From the NCBI GenBank assembly GCA_051942245.1, contig JAVECL010000059.1:1-64000 (forward strand): DNA of 64,000 bases, in the 5' to 3' direction. Shown piece after piece: positions 13,161 to 27,027 of the stretch (position 1 is its first letter; the number at the start of each line of letters is the position of its first letter). Under the pieces are notes generated by a model, which had not been told where the DNA came from, searched no databases, and was given only the letters and a program-made list of their open reading frames with translations. Source of the DNA: Trypethelium eluteriae. Its lineage: Eukaryota. The translations under genes were made by a program, and so were the position numbers.

Positions 13161-14620
13161 ATGGCCACCGAACGACTCTCATCGATCCTCTCACACGTCA
13201 CTGGCGGCAGCAAAAGTGGTCTCAGTGCTATGTATGAACAACTTCCCCGCACAGAGCACCACAGACTCCACGGCACAACACTGATATCATGCGAATAGCA
13301 CTCAAAAGCATCCTGATGATGTCGTCATTACCCTTGCTATTCGGACGCCATTGGCAAAGGGAATGAAGGGAGGCCTGAAAGACACACCCTTGGATGGCAT
13401 GGTCTACAAGCTACTAGTCGAGGTTCTCAAGAAGGCAAACCTCGATCCACAGATGATCGAGGATATCTGTCTGGGCAATGTAAGAAATTTGCATCCAATT
13501 TCGAGCGCCTGCTCACTCCGCTCACACGGCTTCGTGATTAGGTCTCTGACCCCAAAGCTGCCTATTATGTTCGCGCCGCTTCGCTCGCCGCCGGTTTCCC
13601 TAATACCACCGGCGCATCATCCTGCAATCGATTCTGTAGCTCTGGTCTCAAAGCTGTACAGGACATCGCAAATCAGATCTCTATGGGCTCCATCGAGTGC
13701 GGCCTCGCCCTCGGCGCTGAACACATGACCTCAGGCGGCGACCGACTCACTCGTCCTTTCGTAGATGAAATCCTCAACAGTGGAGTGCAAGATGCAGTTG
13801 ATTGCATGCAGCCGATGGGTCAGACTAGCGAGAATGTGGGGAGAGACTTTGAGATATCGAGAGACGCGCAAGACCGATACAGTGCAGAAAGCTATGCAAG
13901 AGCAGAGCGGGCACAGAAAGCTGGATGGTTTGATGACGAAATCGCACCTATCAAAGTCAATCTCAAGGATCCGAAGACTGGGGAAGAAAAAACTGTCACC
14001 TTGAATAAGGATGAAGGTCCAAGGTGGGGAACGACATACGAGGGGTTAAGCAAGATTCGCCCGGCCTTTCCAGAGTACGGCGACAGGAGCACAGGCGGTA
14101 ACTCCAGTCAGGTTACAGACGGAGGTATGCTACCTCTTCATCACTTCTAAAGTCATCTTTAGTTCAGACAGACTAACTGAAATTGTTTCTAGCTGCCGCC
14201 GTTCTCCTCATGCGTCGCTCGAAAGCCGAAGAAATGCGCCAACCGATTCTTGCCAAATTTGTCGGTGCTACCGTCGCCGGTCTGGCACCTCGCATCATGG
14301 GTATTGGTCCCTCGATAGCAATCCCTAAGCTTTTGGGCAAGTTCAAGATCAACCTCGAAGACTGTGACATCATCGAGCTCAATGAGGCATTCGCATCAAT
14401 GGCTGTGTACTGCTTGAACACTTTGAAGATTGATCATGCCAAGATGAACCCCAGGGGAGGTGCGATTGCACTGGGCCATCCATTAGGCTGTACAGGAGCC
14501 AGACAGATCGTCACCGGTCTCTCCGAAGCACGGAGAACTAAGAAGAAAATTCTCTTAACCAGCATGTGCATCGGGACCGGTCAAGGAATGGCAGGTCTGT
14601 TCGTGAATGAGCAATTGTAA
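13161..14620 (+). CDS. POT1: Peroxisomal 3-ketoacyl-CoA thiolase
   Basis: MATERLSSILSHV is PTS2-like (RL-X5-H-V). NRFCSSGL catalytic Cys, ELNEAFAS, GGAIALGHPLGCTG, SMCIGTGQGMA. Three introns. Confidence 0.93.
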
Positions 14621-14716
14621 AAAGTTATGCTTTGATGATCAGCCAGTTCTATGTATGTATGTTCGCATGTATGTACGTATTTTGAAAGTACAAAATTGCA
14701 GGACTGTACTGGCCAT

Positions 14717-16282
14717 CTATTTTAGAAATGCGAACCCAGCCTGTGCCTTGATAAGAGGATAGCCACTGGAATCGACTTTTGGTAAGATACTCTTCTTTCT
14801 TTCCGTCTCCTTCTCGTTAGCCTCAAGCCATCTCTTAACTTCTGCTTCGTCACTCAAGTCACTTGTCATTTCTTCTCCTCTTCCTAATTGATGTAATTGC
14901 GTTCCGCTCGCCTTTCTTGAGTCAGTCAAGATTCTTGTGCTCGTAGCTTAAACGTCTTACCTGTGTATGATTGGGTAGCGGCATCTTATTTTCAATAGCT
15001 CCTGTGATCCTGCCTTCTAACATTTCCTTGCACAAGAAGGGCTCCATGCTCAACGGTCTTCCGATACCGACCCCATCCAATGCTCCATCACTGAGGGCTT
15101 TAACCATGCCTCCTACGGTCCTAAACCCCCCCGTAACGTAGACCTTTGTTTTATTCAGCATCGGTCGTAACGTTTCCGCAAACTCAATAAAATACGCTTC
15201 CCTCGCTTTTGTAGATTCCTTCTTGTGTTCAAAAGCCCTCCCTTCAAATGTGCCTCCACTCATATCCACGAAATCCACCCTCGCCTCCTCCAACATGACA
15301 CACAACTTCCGCGAATCCTCCGGCGTGAACCTCCCAGCCTGGAATTCGACACTGTTCAACTTCACACAGATGATAAACCCCGGATCCGGCACTCTCCTCC
15401 TCACCTCCTCAATAATCTCAAACACAATTCTCGCCCGATTCTCCAAACTCCCACCATACTCATCCTCCCGCTTATTCGTCGTGTAGCTCAGAAACTGCGC
15501 CAACAGATACCCATGCGCACAATGGATCTGCACGCCATCATACCCCGCCTCATGGCACCACCTCGCACTCTCCGCAAAGCTCTCCACCACGCCTCTGATC
15601 TCGTCCTTACTCAGAGGCCGCGGCTTCGCGAACTCGTTGCCCGCCCACGCAATCGTGAGGTGCACGTCCGACGCCGAGACCGGGTGCGGGTTTAGCGCCT
15701 TGTTGCCCTGGCGCCCCGGGTGCGACAGCTGCGAGATGAAGAGGGAGCCGTGGGCTTTGGCGGCCGCGGCGAGCCGGCGGTAGGCGCCGAGGCGGCCGTC
15801 GTGGTTGTCGACGAAGATGGGGTTGCCGTAGGCTTCGACGGCCGAGTAGGAGACCATTAGGTTGCCGCCGACGATGATGCCAATGTCGCCTTGGCCCCAG
15901 AGGGTGTAGAGGCGGATGAGCTCGTCGCTGGGGACGCCGCGGGAGGACTGGGAGGGGATGAGGAGTGAGTGGGTAGTCTTTGCTGAGGATCCTTCTGGAG
16001 AAGAAGACGAGGTTGTGAAGATAGAGAAAGGAGAAAGGTAGCTCTTACGATATCTTCTCCTTCTTTGTTCCAGAGGCATAACCTCTCCGTCATCGGCGCT
16101 TTTAGGAATCGATTCTTTGCTGTACGTCCGGAGAAAGGGAAGGTTATACTTTCCTTCAGGGGAGCAGGATCGGCAGCAGAACCAGCAATACGCGCATCAC
16201 CGCCTCTAGAGTCTTTGATGGTTTCGTAGTCGGCAGGTGGCGGCGGGGGTATCCCCTTGCCAGTACTCATATCGTACTCCAT
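14717..16282 (-). CDS. NADH:flavin oxidoreductase (old yellow enzyme family)
   Basis: KNRFLKAPMTE, QLSHPGRQ, IHCAHGYLLAQFLS, NKREDEYGGSLENRAR, GIGRPL. Introns near 16047-15949 and 14960-14910. Confidence 0.92.
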
Positions 16283-17584
16283 TCTTTGGAAAAGGTCTAC
16301 CCATGCATTAGATCATCAAGTACAGCTCATCCCACTGACATCGTAGCAGCAAATAGAGAAGAGGTGAAAAAGGCTCATGATATAGAGATTTTCCAAATAA
16401 TGACCTACTGCTCTCTCTATACTCAACTTAACTAGGGAAATAAGTCTAGAAAATAGTGATAGGGGGTTTCTCCTTTTGATTTTAATTTCAGGGAAACTCA
16501 CCTCCCCTCAGTATCGTAAACCAGCTCAGAAAGCGAAATTATCACACGTATGTGAAGGTAGCTATATATGGCTTATGACAAGAACACAGAATTACGAAAG
16601 CGGAATTGAGGAATGATACAATAGGGTAAAGATGGACTTATGATTCTAATATATACCTTATCTCTTTGCTTGCCTAATAGACCATACATCGGGAACGAGG
16701 GAGCGCACTTGATTCGCTCCGGCTGGTCGGCAACGCAGAGTAGCATGTAGTTCGCAGCGTACCCCTCTTGTACGCAGTTGCGATCCCTCGGCAAGGGTAA
16801 CTTATCTTGGACAGGTAGACGATGATAGGTAACGGTTGAACGAGCTGTTTTTGCTCCAATTGTCGACTGCTTTTTATCATAGAGTCCCATCGACAATCAT
16901 ATTCCGGTCTTTTCACGGTCATTATCACATTCCACTTGCTGTATCGGATCCGTCCCGTAATTGACACGATAAAACAATAGTGGAGAGACCAACTCACCGT
17001 GTGAAGCCCGACATTTATCGTCAGGAGTATGACATCGCTTGTATCTGATTTAGTTCAAATATCTTGAAACATCTTTATAATAGCTTAGAAGCTTAGGAAG
17101 CCCTGTATTCGGGTTACTAGACCTTTGAAGAGTGATATTAAATCTCGGACTTATTGCTAGTGATGTAATTTCAATGCGGGGCACGGATTGAAGAACGAAA
17201 GTCATTCCCACAGAGGGGTGTGTAATGTATGCGACAACAACAGTATTCCCACTCACATGCGGAAAATCCTCTTGTGGGGAGCTCGAAGCGATATACACAG
17301 AATGGGTCCACGTCTATGACTTTTGATCTACTACGAAATGTTAATGTACAGTCGCCACAGTCCTCAAACAGAGATCCGAATCATCGAGCCGGAAGGTTGG
17401 TTGCCAAGGTGTCGTATATGCTCGTCAGCGAAGATTTGGCGCAAGCTTCTTCCTGCACTCGTTGCTGTGTTTCGAGAGCTAGTATTTGATTTCCAAGGAT
17501 TTCATTCGACCCAACTTTTGCCTTGAAGTTTTCAGAATCCTGTCCAGTCCCTCTTTTTTCTTATCTGTCTCGTCTCATCATCCC

Positions 17585-19374
17585 TCAGCTCGTCCACTTC
17601 TCAATCTTCATCGTTCCCTTCTCCTGCAAGTTCTTGTGCATGTCAAACGCCTGGAACAACAGGTGCGGCTCATGTCCCCAACCCTTCTTCAAGCACTCGA
17701 ACTCCGCCCGATCGAAATAATCCTGCAAGATGGGTCGATAGTCCGGATGCGCCGTCTCTTTAATGATCACCCTTGCCCTTTCCCGTGGGCTCAGCCCTCT
17801 CACATCCGCAAGTCCCTGCTCCGTCACCACGACATCAAGATCGTGCTCCGTCTGATCCACATGCGTACACATCGGCACGATACAGCTCACCCCCGTCGGA
17901 TCCGTCTTGCTCGGCCGTGTGCTAGGGGTGTGCATGATACTATACTTACTGCTCCTCAAAAAATCCGCCGAACCCCCCAGCCCATTCAGCATGCGGGAGC
18001 CCATCACACACGTACTATTCGCATGCGCATAGATATCCACCTCCACCGGCGTGTTCATGCCAATAACGCCCAGCCGCCGAATGATCTCCGGCGAGTTCGA
18101 GACCTGCTGAGACCGCAGCAGCAGCTTCGAGTGGTACGCGTCCCAGCCCTCGTAGAACCGGCGGAAGCCGTCGGGCGAAAAGCGGATGCTGGTCGCGGTG
18201 GCGAAGTCGAGATGGCCGCTGTCGAAGAGGTCGAGGAAGGAATCTTGCAGCACCTCGGTCCAGACTTTCAGGTGCTTGAAGGCGGCGCCGCCTGAGGCGA
18301 GGCCGCCGACGACGGCGTTGGCGATGTTGCCGATGCCGGATTGGATGGGGAGGAGGTTGCTCGGGAGCCGGCCGTGTGAGACTTCGTGCTTGAGGAATTC
18401 AATCAGGTTGGAGGCGATGGCGCGGGAGGTGTCGTCTTCTGGGGCGTTTGGCTGGGTTTGATCGGGGTAGTCGGACTCGACGATTGCAATGACCTTTTCC
18501 GGGTCGACGGGTATGTGAGGTGTTCCGATCCGGTCTTCTGGTGCCATAATGAGGTACGGTTTTCGATTTGGTGGAAGGTCTGTCATTGTGATGTCGTGAA
18601 GGCCCTCAAAGGATGGAGCGGCTGTGTTGACCTCGATTATGATCTTATCAGCCATCTGAACCAATTCTGGACTTGCGCCTACACTGGCGCCGGGAATGAT
18701 TCCACCGTCCTCAGTGATGGCGCTTGCTTCGACCTATTCTTGCTATTCAGCCATTTTGCACTTCGATATGATACCATTGCCAAGGGAACGCACGATAGTC
18801 ACATCTAATTTATTTTTCTCCTTTTCCTTTGTATAGTATCCGTACATCAAATCCACCGGAAACATACTCAAGTGCTTGTCAAAGAACTTGATGTTACCAT
18901 TATTGATCCCTTTTGCTATCTCTTTACCGACCTGATGCGGGCTTCGCCGCTCGATCATATTCAACCGGGCCCAACGATTTTCAGTCTCCGCTCCTGAGGA
19001 TGCTCCGACAAAGAGATTGTATTTGAGTTTGCCTTGTAAATTGTTCTTTTCGACATGTTCCGCGAGGGCCGAAGGGATTTTCTTAGGATAGCCAACACCT
19101 GTAAAACCCGACCTATACACTTTCAGCTTCTGTTACAAGTCTATGGAAGGGAAATTCGACGTTTGTAAGATATATGACTTTCTTCTAAAGAAGGATTTGA
19201 GTGCTCATATCAGGGGAAAACTACTATGCAATGATTCGCCAGCTACTGGAGAGCGAAAGCTTACCATCCGATATAACTGTTGTGGGGGAATAGATCGATG
19301 AGATCCTCAGCCTTGCGCAACTTGTTCAAATACGAGGGTCTGCGCACTCTTGACTTCAACATTGCGGAAGCCAT
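17585..19374 (-). CDS. ACH1: Acetyl-CoA hydrolase / CoA-transferase
   Basis: [16 protein letters not shown]..., [53 protein letters not shown]. Spliced from three exons. Confidence 0.95.
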
Positions 19375-20311
19375 ATCAACAATTGACACTGCCCGCCAAT
19401 GGCGGTGGACTGTGTTATTTAACTTTCAACAAATGTACCCAGAACCCAGAATTCAGGACTCGGCCCGTTAATGAATGAGTAGGAGAGAGCATAGGAAGCC
19501 ATAGGCTTTGCATGTCGGGCTTCTCGGACGTCACTAGGATGCTCTGACGTTGTTTGCAGGGGAAGCTCGGTGCCGTTGTGGGGTATGGGATTACCGTTTC
19601 CAATTCGGAGATAATTCGGTGCTTATTTTGTTGTGGACAACGAGCTTCTATGTCAAACCTCTTTGTTTCAATTGAGTCTACAAAATTCAAAATCGAGCTA
19701 TATACAAAATGACCCCAGAATCATATCCTGGGGAGAGTCTGGGCATTATGTGACGCCACCGACGTCTTAACAATCGTCCATGGAGCTCATGCTCACGCTT
19801 GCGACTATCGAATATCGTGAGTCCTCAGCATGCAGACAGGACCGCTGAAGGACGCAAGAAAAAGAGCACAGGTACTCCGTACCCAGTGAAATGATGCCAG
19901 AATATCACCTAGTACCTTCATCATGCTTTGAGAAGGTCCAGAGAAATGGTTGGCAATGGTATCAAGGGCAATGGGAAATTTTGAAACAAGCATGGCCCCA
20001 ATGGTCCCTGACGAGCAATACACCCCGTGGATGCAAGCTTCGCAGTGAGACAGATTTTCAAATTCAGCATCCAGGCAATGTCCCCAGAAGCAGTAATTAT
20101 CTATGTTAAAAATGCCGCAGGTTTTGATATCGTCGTCGCTGGAACTGAAGACGGTGACGATGTCGTTCGACGGATGGAATTCAGCATTGAAATTGAGCCG
20201 ATCATTGGACATATTCAGAACGCAAAGGCGTCATGTTTGGTGAGCTCGAAGAGACACCGCAACTTCCGGTCAGGTCCAGGAGACCAGGAAAGTTCAAATC
20301 AGTTAATAGCA

Positions 20312-22031
20312 TCAACCACGGATTCTCGGTCCGGTCAAGCCCTCCTCTCTATCGCTGTCCTCGTCCTCTATCTCATCCAATATGCGTGCAACTTCTCTAG
20401 GCGGCTTGCGAATGTGTGTGAAATTTCGGGCAAGGCCACCAGGACTGACTGCTGCACTGCTGCTACTCGTGCTGCCGAATTTGTCAGAATTGTGTCCACG
20501 GACATGATTACTTGAATATCAGCAAGAAGATCTCGAATTTATTTACCTTTGAGCTGGCGTTCCCGCTGACTGTATTCCTCCAAATCCTACTGTTCGCCTC
20601 GCCTCTATTCCCAGCGGACTTGGCTGGCCTCTAGAACTGTGGCTAGTATGCGCATAGTATGCCGAGTTCCCCGGACTACTCATAAACATCAACGTATCCA
20701 GAGCATCCTTCTCTGCCTTTGCTTGTTCTATCGGCGTGCGGATGAGAGTCGCGCGAGGATTTTGGTTAGGCGTCTGTGGTCCACGCAAGCCGGCGGGTTG
20801 TTTATGTTTGTGCTGGTGACCAGGAAGGGAGGGCGGTCGATAGGATGACGTTTCCGATCGGCGTGCACGTGAAGCCGGAGCTATATCAGCTGGAGGAGCC
20901 AGGACAGGTTTGGAAGTTGCGGCGGCGAGATTGCTATGTGCGGCAATGACCCCAGGAGCAGCGGCCGGTTTACCATATGGGTTCTGCGGAATTGATCGCG
21001 AGGACCATGAATGCATCTGTGGAGGCGAGGACGCTCCACCCACGAACCGAGCTTTGGAACCGCTGATTGGAGTGAAATTGCCAGTATTTGGCGAGCCTAT
21101 GTAGGAATCTGAATCTGAGGAGTCGCCACTGACTCGACGCATTCCATTAGGCGCAACAGAGCGAGGAGAAGCGTAGCCAAGTCGGGAGACGTTTTCACGA
21201 AATGCAGCTGAAGTTGGGGAGGCTTTTTGAGAAGTGAGTTGCTCAATCTGAGCAAGGTTGTTCTTTTGCCAGCCATTGTTGACCTTGAGCATTGCATAGG
21301 TTAGTTTGGTCTTCAGCTCCGCTGCGAGCTACATGTTAACGGTCAGCAACTGTTAGAAGTTCTGGTGCTCAAACGAATTCACATACACTTCCTGTACGGC
21401 TCGCACTCGACTGAGCGCTATTGGTTCTTGAATGACCAGCATGCCCGCTGAGAGGCAATCCATGAGAAGAAAGGGGTCGTTTTGTCATTCCGCTCGAGGT
21501 TCTTTTGGTTCCTCCAACAGAGGCAGGGGAGCTCAAGCTCGCAGGACTGGTGTCGCTACTTGGACCATTCCCCAGTGGCCTGTCTTTTACCTTCGTTTCG
21601 ACATGCGGTGTCACAGGTAATCCCGCAGGCGCCGGACGCCAGTCAGCCGAGGAAACCTGAGGAAGTTGCCCAGCTCGGGACATTTCTATTTGACTATCGC
21701 CTCGTTCGAAAGATGCGACAGATGAAGGAATGGTCACATCGGTGAGCTGAGAGACGTTGCTGGATGAAGCTTGGAATCTTGGGAGAACACTACTCGCAAA
21801 GGATGAAAAAGAGTTGTTGGAATCCTGGGAACGAGGCAACGATTGATGAAGTGGCTGACCAACAGCGTTTGAAGTCAGGTCGAGCTCCGTTGCGCGTCCT
21901 CTTGGGGATTTATCATGTGTGAGCACACGCGAATTAGCGGGGATGAGGGCCGACCGCGTCGGTTCAGGATCGCGCATCTGAGCGATTGCGGTGGATGTAG
22001 GCACAGAAATGGCTGCACCCAGGGTTTCCAT
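20312..22031 (-). CDS. Whi5/Nrm1-like G1/S transcriptional repressor
   Basis: After an intron near 21387-21330, LAAELKTKLTYAMLKVNNGWQ matches the Whi5 (GTB) motif. Many S/T-P sites. Ends at 20543 unspliced, or at 20312 through a 36-nt intron. Confidence 0.8.
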
Positions 22032-22388
22032 GGAACGGACCGGGCTCCTGGTGCTGACACCGAATTTTGCTAAGGATACTGAGTCTTTTGTCGCGGCGGA
22101 GAGTTGATTGTTGGTGGTTGGGACAAGCGGACGGTGCTGGCGCGACGATCAAGTCAACGTCACCCACTTTCCCTTCTGGGTACCCTGGTATCGTGCATTC
22201 ACGGTGAGCACGCGCGGCGGCGAAGGGTCTCAGCTTCGTACTATATGGGATATCAGTGCAGGAGCTGAAATATTAGCACTCGTTCTAGAGAACAGAGGAT
22301 TATTTTGTAAGGATCGGACTCGAGCAGTGAGCGAGGCGCGACTACCCGGTGGAACAAAGAGATTATCCAGACTGCTCGCCTGCTCGTA

Positions 22389-22478
22389 GACGTGGACGTG
22401 GACGTGGAAGCGGGGCGATCGGCGCCTCCCAGGGACCCGTGAAGCGCTTCACGTGGTCACGCGTCAAATTCTGACGTC
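22389..22478. promoter_or_regulatory. Cis-element cluster upstream of the Whi5/Nrm1-like gene
   Basis: (GACGTG)x3 from 22389, CACGTG 22450-22455, perfect MCB ACGCGT 22459-22464, TGACGTC 22472-22478. Confidence 0.45.
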
Positions 22479-22718
22479 TTTCCCGTCCCATGTTCCCTGC
22501 TTCCGATGGCCGATGACCCGCCGGGCCCGCCTTCCGCAATTGATGCAAGTGCGAGTAACACAACACCATGAACTTCAGCCTTTATGCTATGTGCACGCAC
22601 ATTAACATTATGTGCATGCAATGGACCGTTAGATACCAGGTATGTAAATGTACCATACATTAAGGTAGGTAGGCATCTACGCATGAGAATGTTTGAAGCT
22701 TTACCAGGAGCACAGCTA

Positions 22719-25700
22719 TCATTTCTTTCTCTTTCCACCCCCTCCTTCAGCGTCCTGATTCTTCCTTTTCTTCCCTTCCCTCCTCCAATACTCTTCCTTT
22801 TCTCTCTTTTCCCTCTCCCGTCTCATCTCCTCACTTTGAGCTATTTTCTTCCTGTATGGCTCCTTTCTCTCCTCTTTCTTCGCTCGTCTTTTTGCAACCT
22901 TCTCATTCCTCAGCGTCATGACTTGCTGGAGTAGGTTCCGAGCCTTTCGCTCTTCTCTACTAGCAACCACTGCGCGCTTCTGGAGGTATGGCTTTCTCCG
23001 CTGTGGTAGCATATTTGCTGGCTGCGATTTGAATGGTAGATCTGCTTGAAGTTTACGAGGTATACGGAGAGGATTGAAGTGTCGATTCGGCCGTTCAATA
23101 GGTCTGTATGCAGAGTTGCGATCTTTCGGCGTGGCAATTCCCTCAGTGGCGCGAACTTCACCGGTCAAACGCATGCCCTGCCATTCGTGAGATTGCCTGT
23201 GTTCAGCATCATACTGGCCGTCTAACAGATTGGTGACCGGGTTATAGAATCGATGAGGTCGTACTGGATACCATGCTCGTAGAAAAACAATGTCGCTCAT
23301 CAAGATCTTGTCTTCAAAGGTCGCCCGGAAGTGACCTTCTGGCTTGCTCAAAGCGCGCTTGATCTGGCCTCTTACCCCAGAAACAGTTCTGACGCTTGCT
23401 CCTTCGAACTTAGCTATTTCGAGCGAAGTTCCAAACATGTCTTTGATAAAAGCCGTGTTCTTGAAAATTTTATACGGATGACCCGTGAGTTTGAGCTTCT
23501 TGACAATCTCCGTACTCTCGTCCACGTTGAGTACAACGCCTGTAGCTGCCACCCGAAAGCCTGGGTTCTTGTTCGATAGACTCTGCACACAGCAGAATCC
23601 TGTATTAGGCGCGATGAGAGGGCCGTAGAAAGTACCAAAGCAGTGCATGTGCTCTGGGGTATATTTCAACATTCGGTTTCGTGTTCTTGAGTCCGAAATG
23701 CTGTAAAGTGGTGTTGTCTGGAATCTGCGCCAGCCAAGGGAGAATAAGAGTGGATCATTCGTCTTAAGGATCTTCTTGTGCCATCGGTGTCTCTTGATTC
23801 GGACCTGTACAAATCCAAAGCGATCTTCTGTGGGTGTCAACCCCCCGATAAGAAGTGGAAAGCGCGGACTGAAGTTCGTGCAGAACTCATACGGGACATT
23901 TTCGAGTACAAGCCTAGCATATGTTCCGGCTTTATGACCCTCGACCCGAGTCCGTGATAATTCGTCCATTTGATCGAATTCGGCTCGATTAATGTCAAGC
24001 TGCTTTTGGATCTGAGCCTTTTGAGCATCGTACCAGTCATCCTCACCAAATTCATCTTCACCTCCGTCTCCACCATTCTCCCTCCGCGCCTTCGCCCTAT
24101 CATTTGCAAAGCCTTCTCGATCCTCTTCTTCGAATCGCAGCCGAAGCTCTTCCTTCCGCCGCGCATTGCGCTCACGCTCAGCATCGAGATTTTGAGCTTG
24201 GTCTTCAGTCCGAGCAACGGCATCTAGCTGGCCATGTACTTCGCCCGTCTCCAGGTCCTCGAATGCACCGTCGCCCTCATCTTCCATTCCTGAGCCCCGA
24301 CGCTCCTCGTCATCGTTGCTCTGTCCATTTGCCTCATCTTCAAGCAAGCTAGTGAAGGCAAACCGGCGGCGAAGTACTTCGATGTTTGCTTCATCAGTCC
24401 ATTTCTCTTCAAGCTTCCGATAATCATAGGCAGGGATCATGCGATCTTCGGCATTTTCTTCATCGTTCAGAGCTACTTTCCGGAAAAAGTCCTCATCGTC
24501 CACTCTCTCAGCATCTCCTTCGATCTGCACCGCTCCTTCAGCCTCTGAAGCACCGGCCCAAGCCCTTAAAACTTCAGCCGGTGTCTTTGAGTCGTCATAC
24601 ATTAATCTCGCAAGTTCGGTTACGCGATACGGTCTTTTTCTGTCATGGAGGCGTCGTGCTTTCTCTGGCAGATCACTCTTCCAATGCAAAACTCCATCAT
24701 CTTCCTCTGAAGACATAGACCCTAGGTCTGAATCGCTGTCGGCAAACGCAACATCACCGTCGACTACCTTATCTTTCGAAGTTCGGCGCTGCAAACCACC
24801 ATGTGAACTTTTATGCAAGATACCGTCTCCTTTGAGGTCTTCTTCCGCGTCCTCCATTTCGGAACTTAGTTCTTCGATTTCATCCTCTCTGATTTCGTCG
24901 TCCTCGTCTGCGCTAGCAAATCCTTCATCCTCTTGGCTATCCTCGTCCAATCGATCAAGTATTCTTGGATCTCTCCGCGTCGCCCTCCCGTTGTTTCCTC
25001 GTTCCTCGTCATCTTCTAATGCTTGCATTTCTTCCGCATCATTAAACAACCTTACTCTTTTCTCACTGTCGCCTAGTAATCTCCTTTCACTCTGCAGTCC
25101 AACCATGAGTTGTTCTCCGAGACCACGTTCACCTCCCGCCTCTCGGTCAAAAGTGTTAGTCTTCACGTCAATGTAGACCGCATCCTTGTCAATCAGGACA
25201 CCCCCAACATCACTCATCGGTGCAAAAAGCACTTTCTGCTTTTCCCCCAGTCTTCTCCTCTCCTTTTTACCTTCTACTTTCTCTTTTGCAATTTGCTGAT
25301 ATGGTGTTGGACACGGATCCGGTAGTTTTTCGATAGTGCTGACATTCAAGTCGCCAACGCCTGGAACATGCACTCTTGCGCCTTGTGCGGAGAAGTTAGT
25401 ACCGCGAAGGTAGCCATACAGAGCAATGGTGCGATCGCATTTTGGGTCGGACTCGATGGAGGTGGGTGGAGTAAGGTCAAGGAACCGGTCCGCGAGGCAA
25501 TAGGGATGGGAATTGCGCCAAACAAGGGGTCGAGGGTTTTTCATAACGGAGAGAAATCGGGACAGATTGTGTATCTCGCGGTCTGGATATCTTCCGTTGA
25601 CTACACCGCTTAAATAGAAAAGCTTTGCGCCTTGGTATAACTCCGACCAGAAACGATGCTTAAGCCTCTTTTTCTGTGTTCGCAATGTATCTTGTTTTCG

Positions 25701-26219
25701 GAAAAGGTCTAAATGTGTGAGGATGCCGAATACGTTACCGGGCATGCCTTGTGCAGATAGGATATTCAGAAACTCCATCGTTTCCATCTCGAAGCCGTAG
25801 TTCCCGTCAATCATTAACAAGACGATATCCACGACCTTCGCAAGATCTATCATGCTTGCCAGACTGTCGCTTGGACATTCGATGAATGTCAGGCGCCGTC
25901 TCTTGCTCGTCACCACAGTCAATGGCCCGACAGGTTGCGACAGTGTTTGCTTGGTATATCGTCTAATAAGAGACTTGACGAGGGTTGTCTTTCCGACGCC
26001 GGGAGGACCGACAATACCAACAACAATCGGCGGTGCTTCCTCTGGCAGCCTATCGACCAGCGGTACGTGCAAACGTTTCTCCTTGACATCATGGGAACGG
26101 GCGGCTTGTTTTTGTGCTCGGCCAGGAGCAGCGTAAGCGAAAGCCTTAGGATTGGGGCCTGATGTTGGAGTCTTCTTCTCTTTCTTTGCTCGATGAGGTT
26201 TGTGAGTTTGATCCGACAT
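22719..26219 (-). CDS. BMS1: Ribosome biogenesis GTPase Bms1
   Basis: Intronless, about 1166 aa from [19 protein letters not shown]-loop, [31 protein letters not shown], basic C-terminus. Confidence 0.97.
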   Translation of the reverse strand: MSDQTHKPHRAKKEKKTPTSGPNPKAFAYAAPGRAQKQAARSHDVKEKRLHVPLVDRLPEEAPPIVVGIVGPPGVGKTTLVKSLIRRYTKQTLSQPVGPLTVVTSKRRRLTFIECPSDSLASMIDLAKVVDIVLLMIDGNYGFEMETMEFLNILSAQGMPGNVFGILTHLDLFRKQDTLRTQKKRLKHRFWSELYQGAKLFYLSGVVNGRYPDREIHNLSRFLSVMKNPRPLVWRNSHPYCLADRFLDLTPPTSIESDPKCDRTIALYGYLRGTNFSAQGARVHVPGVGDLNVSTIEKLPDPCPTPYQQIAKEKVEGKKERRRLGEKQKVLFAPMSDVGGVLIDKDAVYIDVKTNTFDREAGGERGLGEQLMVGLQSERRLLGDSEKRVRLFNDAEEMQALEDDEERGNNGRATRRDPRILDRLDEDSQEDEGFASADEDDEIREDEIEELSSEMEDAEEDLKGDGILHKSSHGGLQRRTSKDKVVDGDVAFADSDSDLGSMSSEEDDGVLHWKSDLPEKARRLHDRKRPYRVTELARLMYDDSKTPAEVLRAWAGASEAEGAVQIEGDAERVDDEDFFRKVALNDEENAEDRMIPAYDYRKLEEKWTDEANIEVLRRRFAFTSLLEDEANGQSNDDEERRGSGMEDEGDGAFEDLETGEVHGQLDAVARTEDQAQNLDAERERNARRKEELRLRFEEEDREGFANDRAKARRENGGDGGEDEFGEDDWYDAQKAQIQKQLDINRAEFDQMDELSRTRVEGHKAGTYARLVLENVPYEFCTNFSPRFPLLIGGLTPTEDRFGFVQVRIKRHRWHKKILKTNDPLLFSLGWRRFQTTPLYSISDSRTRNRMLKYTPEHMHCFGTFYGPLIAPNTGFCCVQSLSNKNPGFRVAATGVVLNVDESTEIVKKLKLTGHPYKIFKNTAFIKDMFGTSLEIAKFEGASVRTVSGVRGQIKRALSKPEGHFRATFEDKILMSDIVFLRAWYPVRPHRFYNPVTNLLDGQYDAEHRQSHEWQGMRLTGEVRATEGIATPKDRNSAYRPIERPNRHFNPLRIPRKLQADLPFKSQPANMLPQRRKPYLQKRAVVASREERKARNLLQQVMTLRNEKVAKRRAKKEERKEPYRKKIAQSEEMRREREKREKEEYWRREGKKRKNQDAEGGGGKRKK

Positions 26220-26652
26220 GATTGCCGGAACAAGACCTTGTGGCACTTATTCAACACCAAAGCTATCGTGCAACAGGCGGCGATGTAAGGAGATTTTTGG
26301 CTCTGGTCCGCGCATCTTATCTTATCACCAGACCCAAGCCTCGGATCTATGCGATCAAGCGAGCTGCCCCACTTACACCACTAGGGCTGCTCCGGCTTTT
26401 GTGATACGCCACCGGTGCCACCTAATTTTTCCAGGTGATTCGAATGACGTCGCGTTACCACCCGACGCTGATGCCTAAGGGGCCACTGCGGGTGCTCCGA
26501 TTCGTACCCGGCGAAAGGCGTGACTGCCTGTGGCAAGCGCTGAAAGATTATAATCAGCCCACGGAATTGTCGATAAACAATCTTGCTCAAACTACTACAC
26601 GAACACACACATACAACAACGTTTTTACAAAATCAGAAAAACAGCTTCAGCT

Positions 26653-27027
26653 ATGCCAGCCATCAACGTACTCCTGCGAACCCCTATGCACCAACTTGTT
26701 TAATGCGCTGATCACCTGCAGGTTTCTCTTAAGGATGGTGCCGACGCTGCCGAGCTTGACAAGTGAGCAGTTCCCCATCTACGTACAAAGTAGGTTCAAA
26801 TTGACTATTGTAGGGCCAAGAAGACCGTAGAGGAGCAGGGCGGGAAGATTACACATGAGTTCAAGCTGATCAAGGGGTTTACGTATGCCGTCCTTGCGTT
26901 CACAAGTGCTTGATAATGTTGTGCTGATTTGGGTCTCAGCGCAGAATTTCCTCCGGACAAAGTCCATACCTTATCCTCAAATGAGCACATCAATGTCGAA
27001 GCAGATCAAGAAGTTAGAACCCAGTAA
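26653..27027 (+). CDS. Small subtilisin-propeptide-like protease inhibitor (inhibitor I9, Pbi2/POIA-like), 70 aa
   Basis: Exons 26653-26667, 26722-26762, 26814-26882 and 26940-27027 splice to MPAINVSLKDGADAAELDKAKKTVEEQGGKITHEFKLIKGFTAEFPPDKVHTLSSNEHINVEADQEVRTQ. Confidence 0.88.

Noticed and set aside
17486..18808. Long + strand ORFs (269, 91, 140 aa)
   Set aside because: Antisense shadows of GC-rich ACH1 codons with no motifs.
19805..20515. 135-aa and 162-aa ORFs
   Set aside because: No motifs; they overlap the 3' region of the Whi5-like gene.
22584..25176. + strand ORFs, including a hydrophobic 116-aa and a Ser-rich 245-aa ORF
   Set aside because: Antisense to the Lys/Arg-rich and Asp/Glu-rich parts of BMS1.
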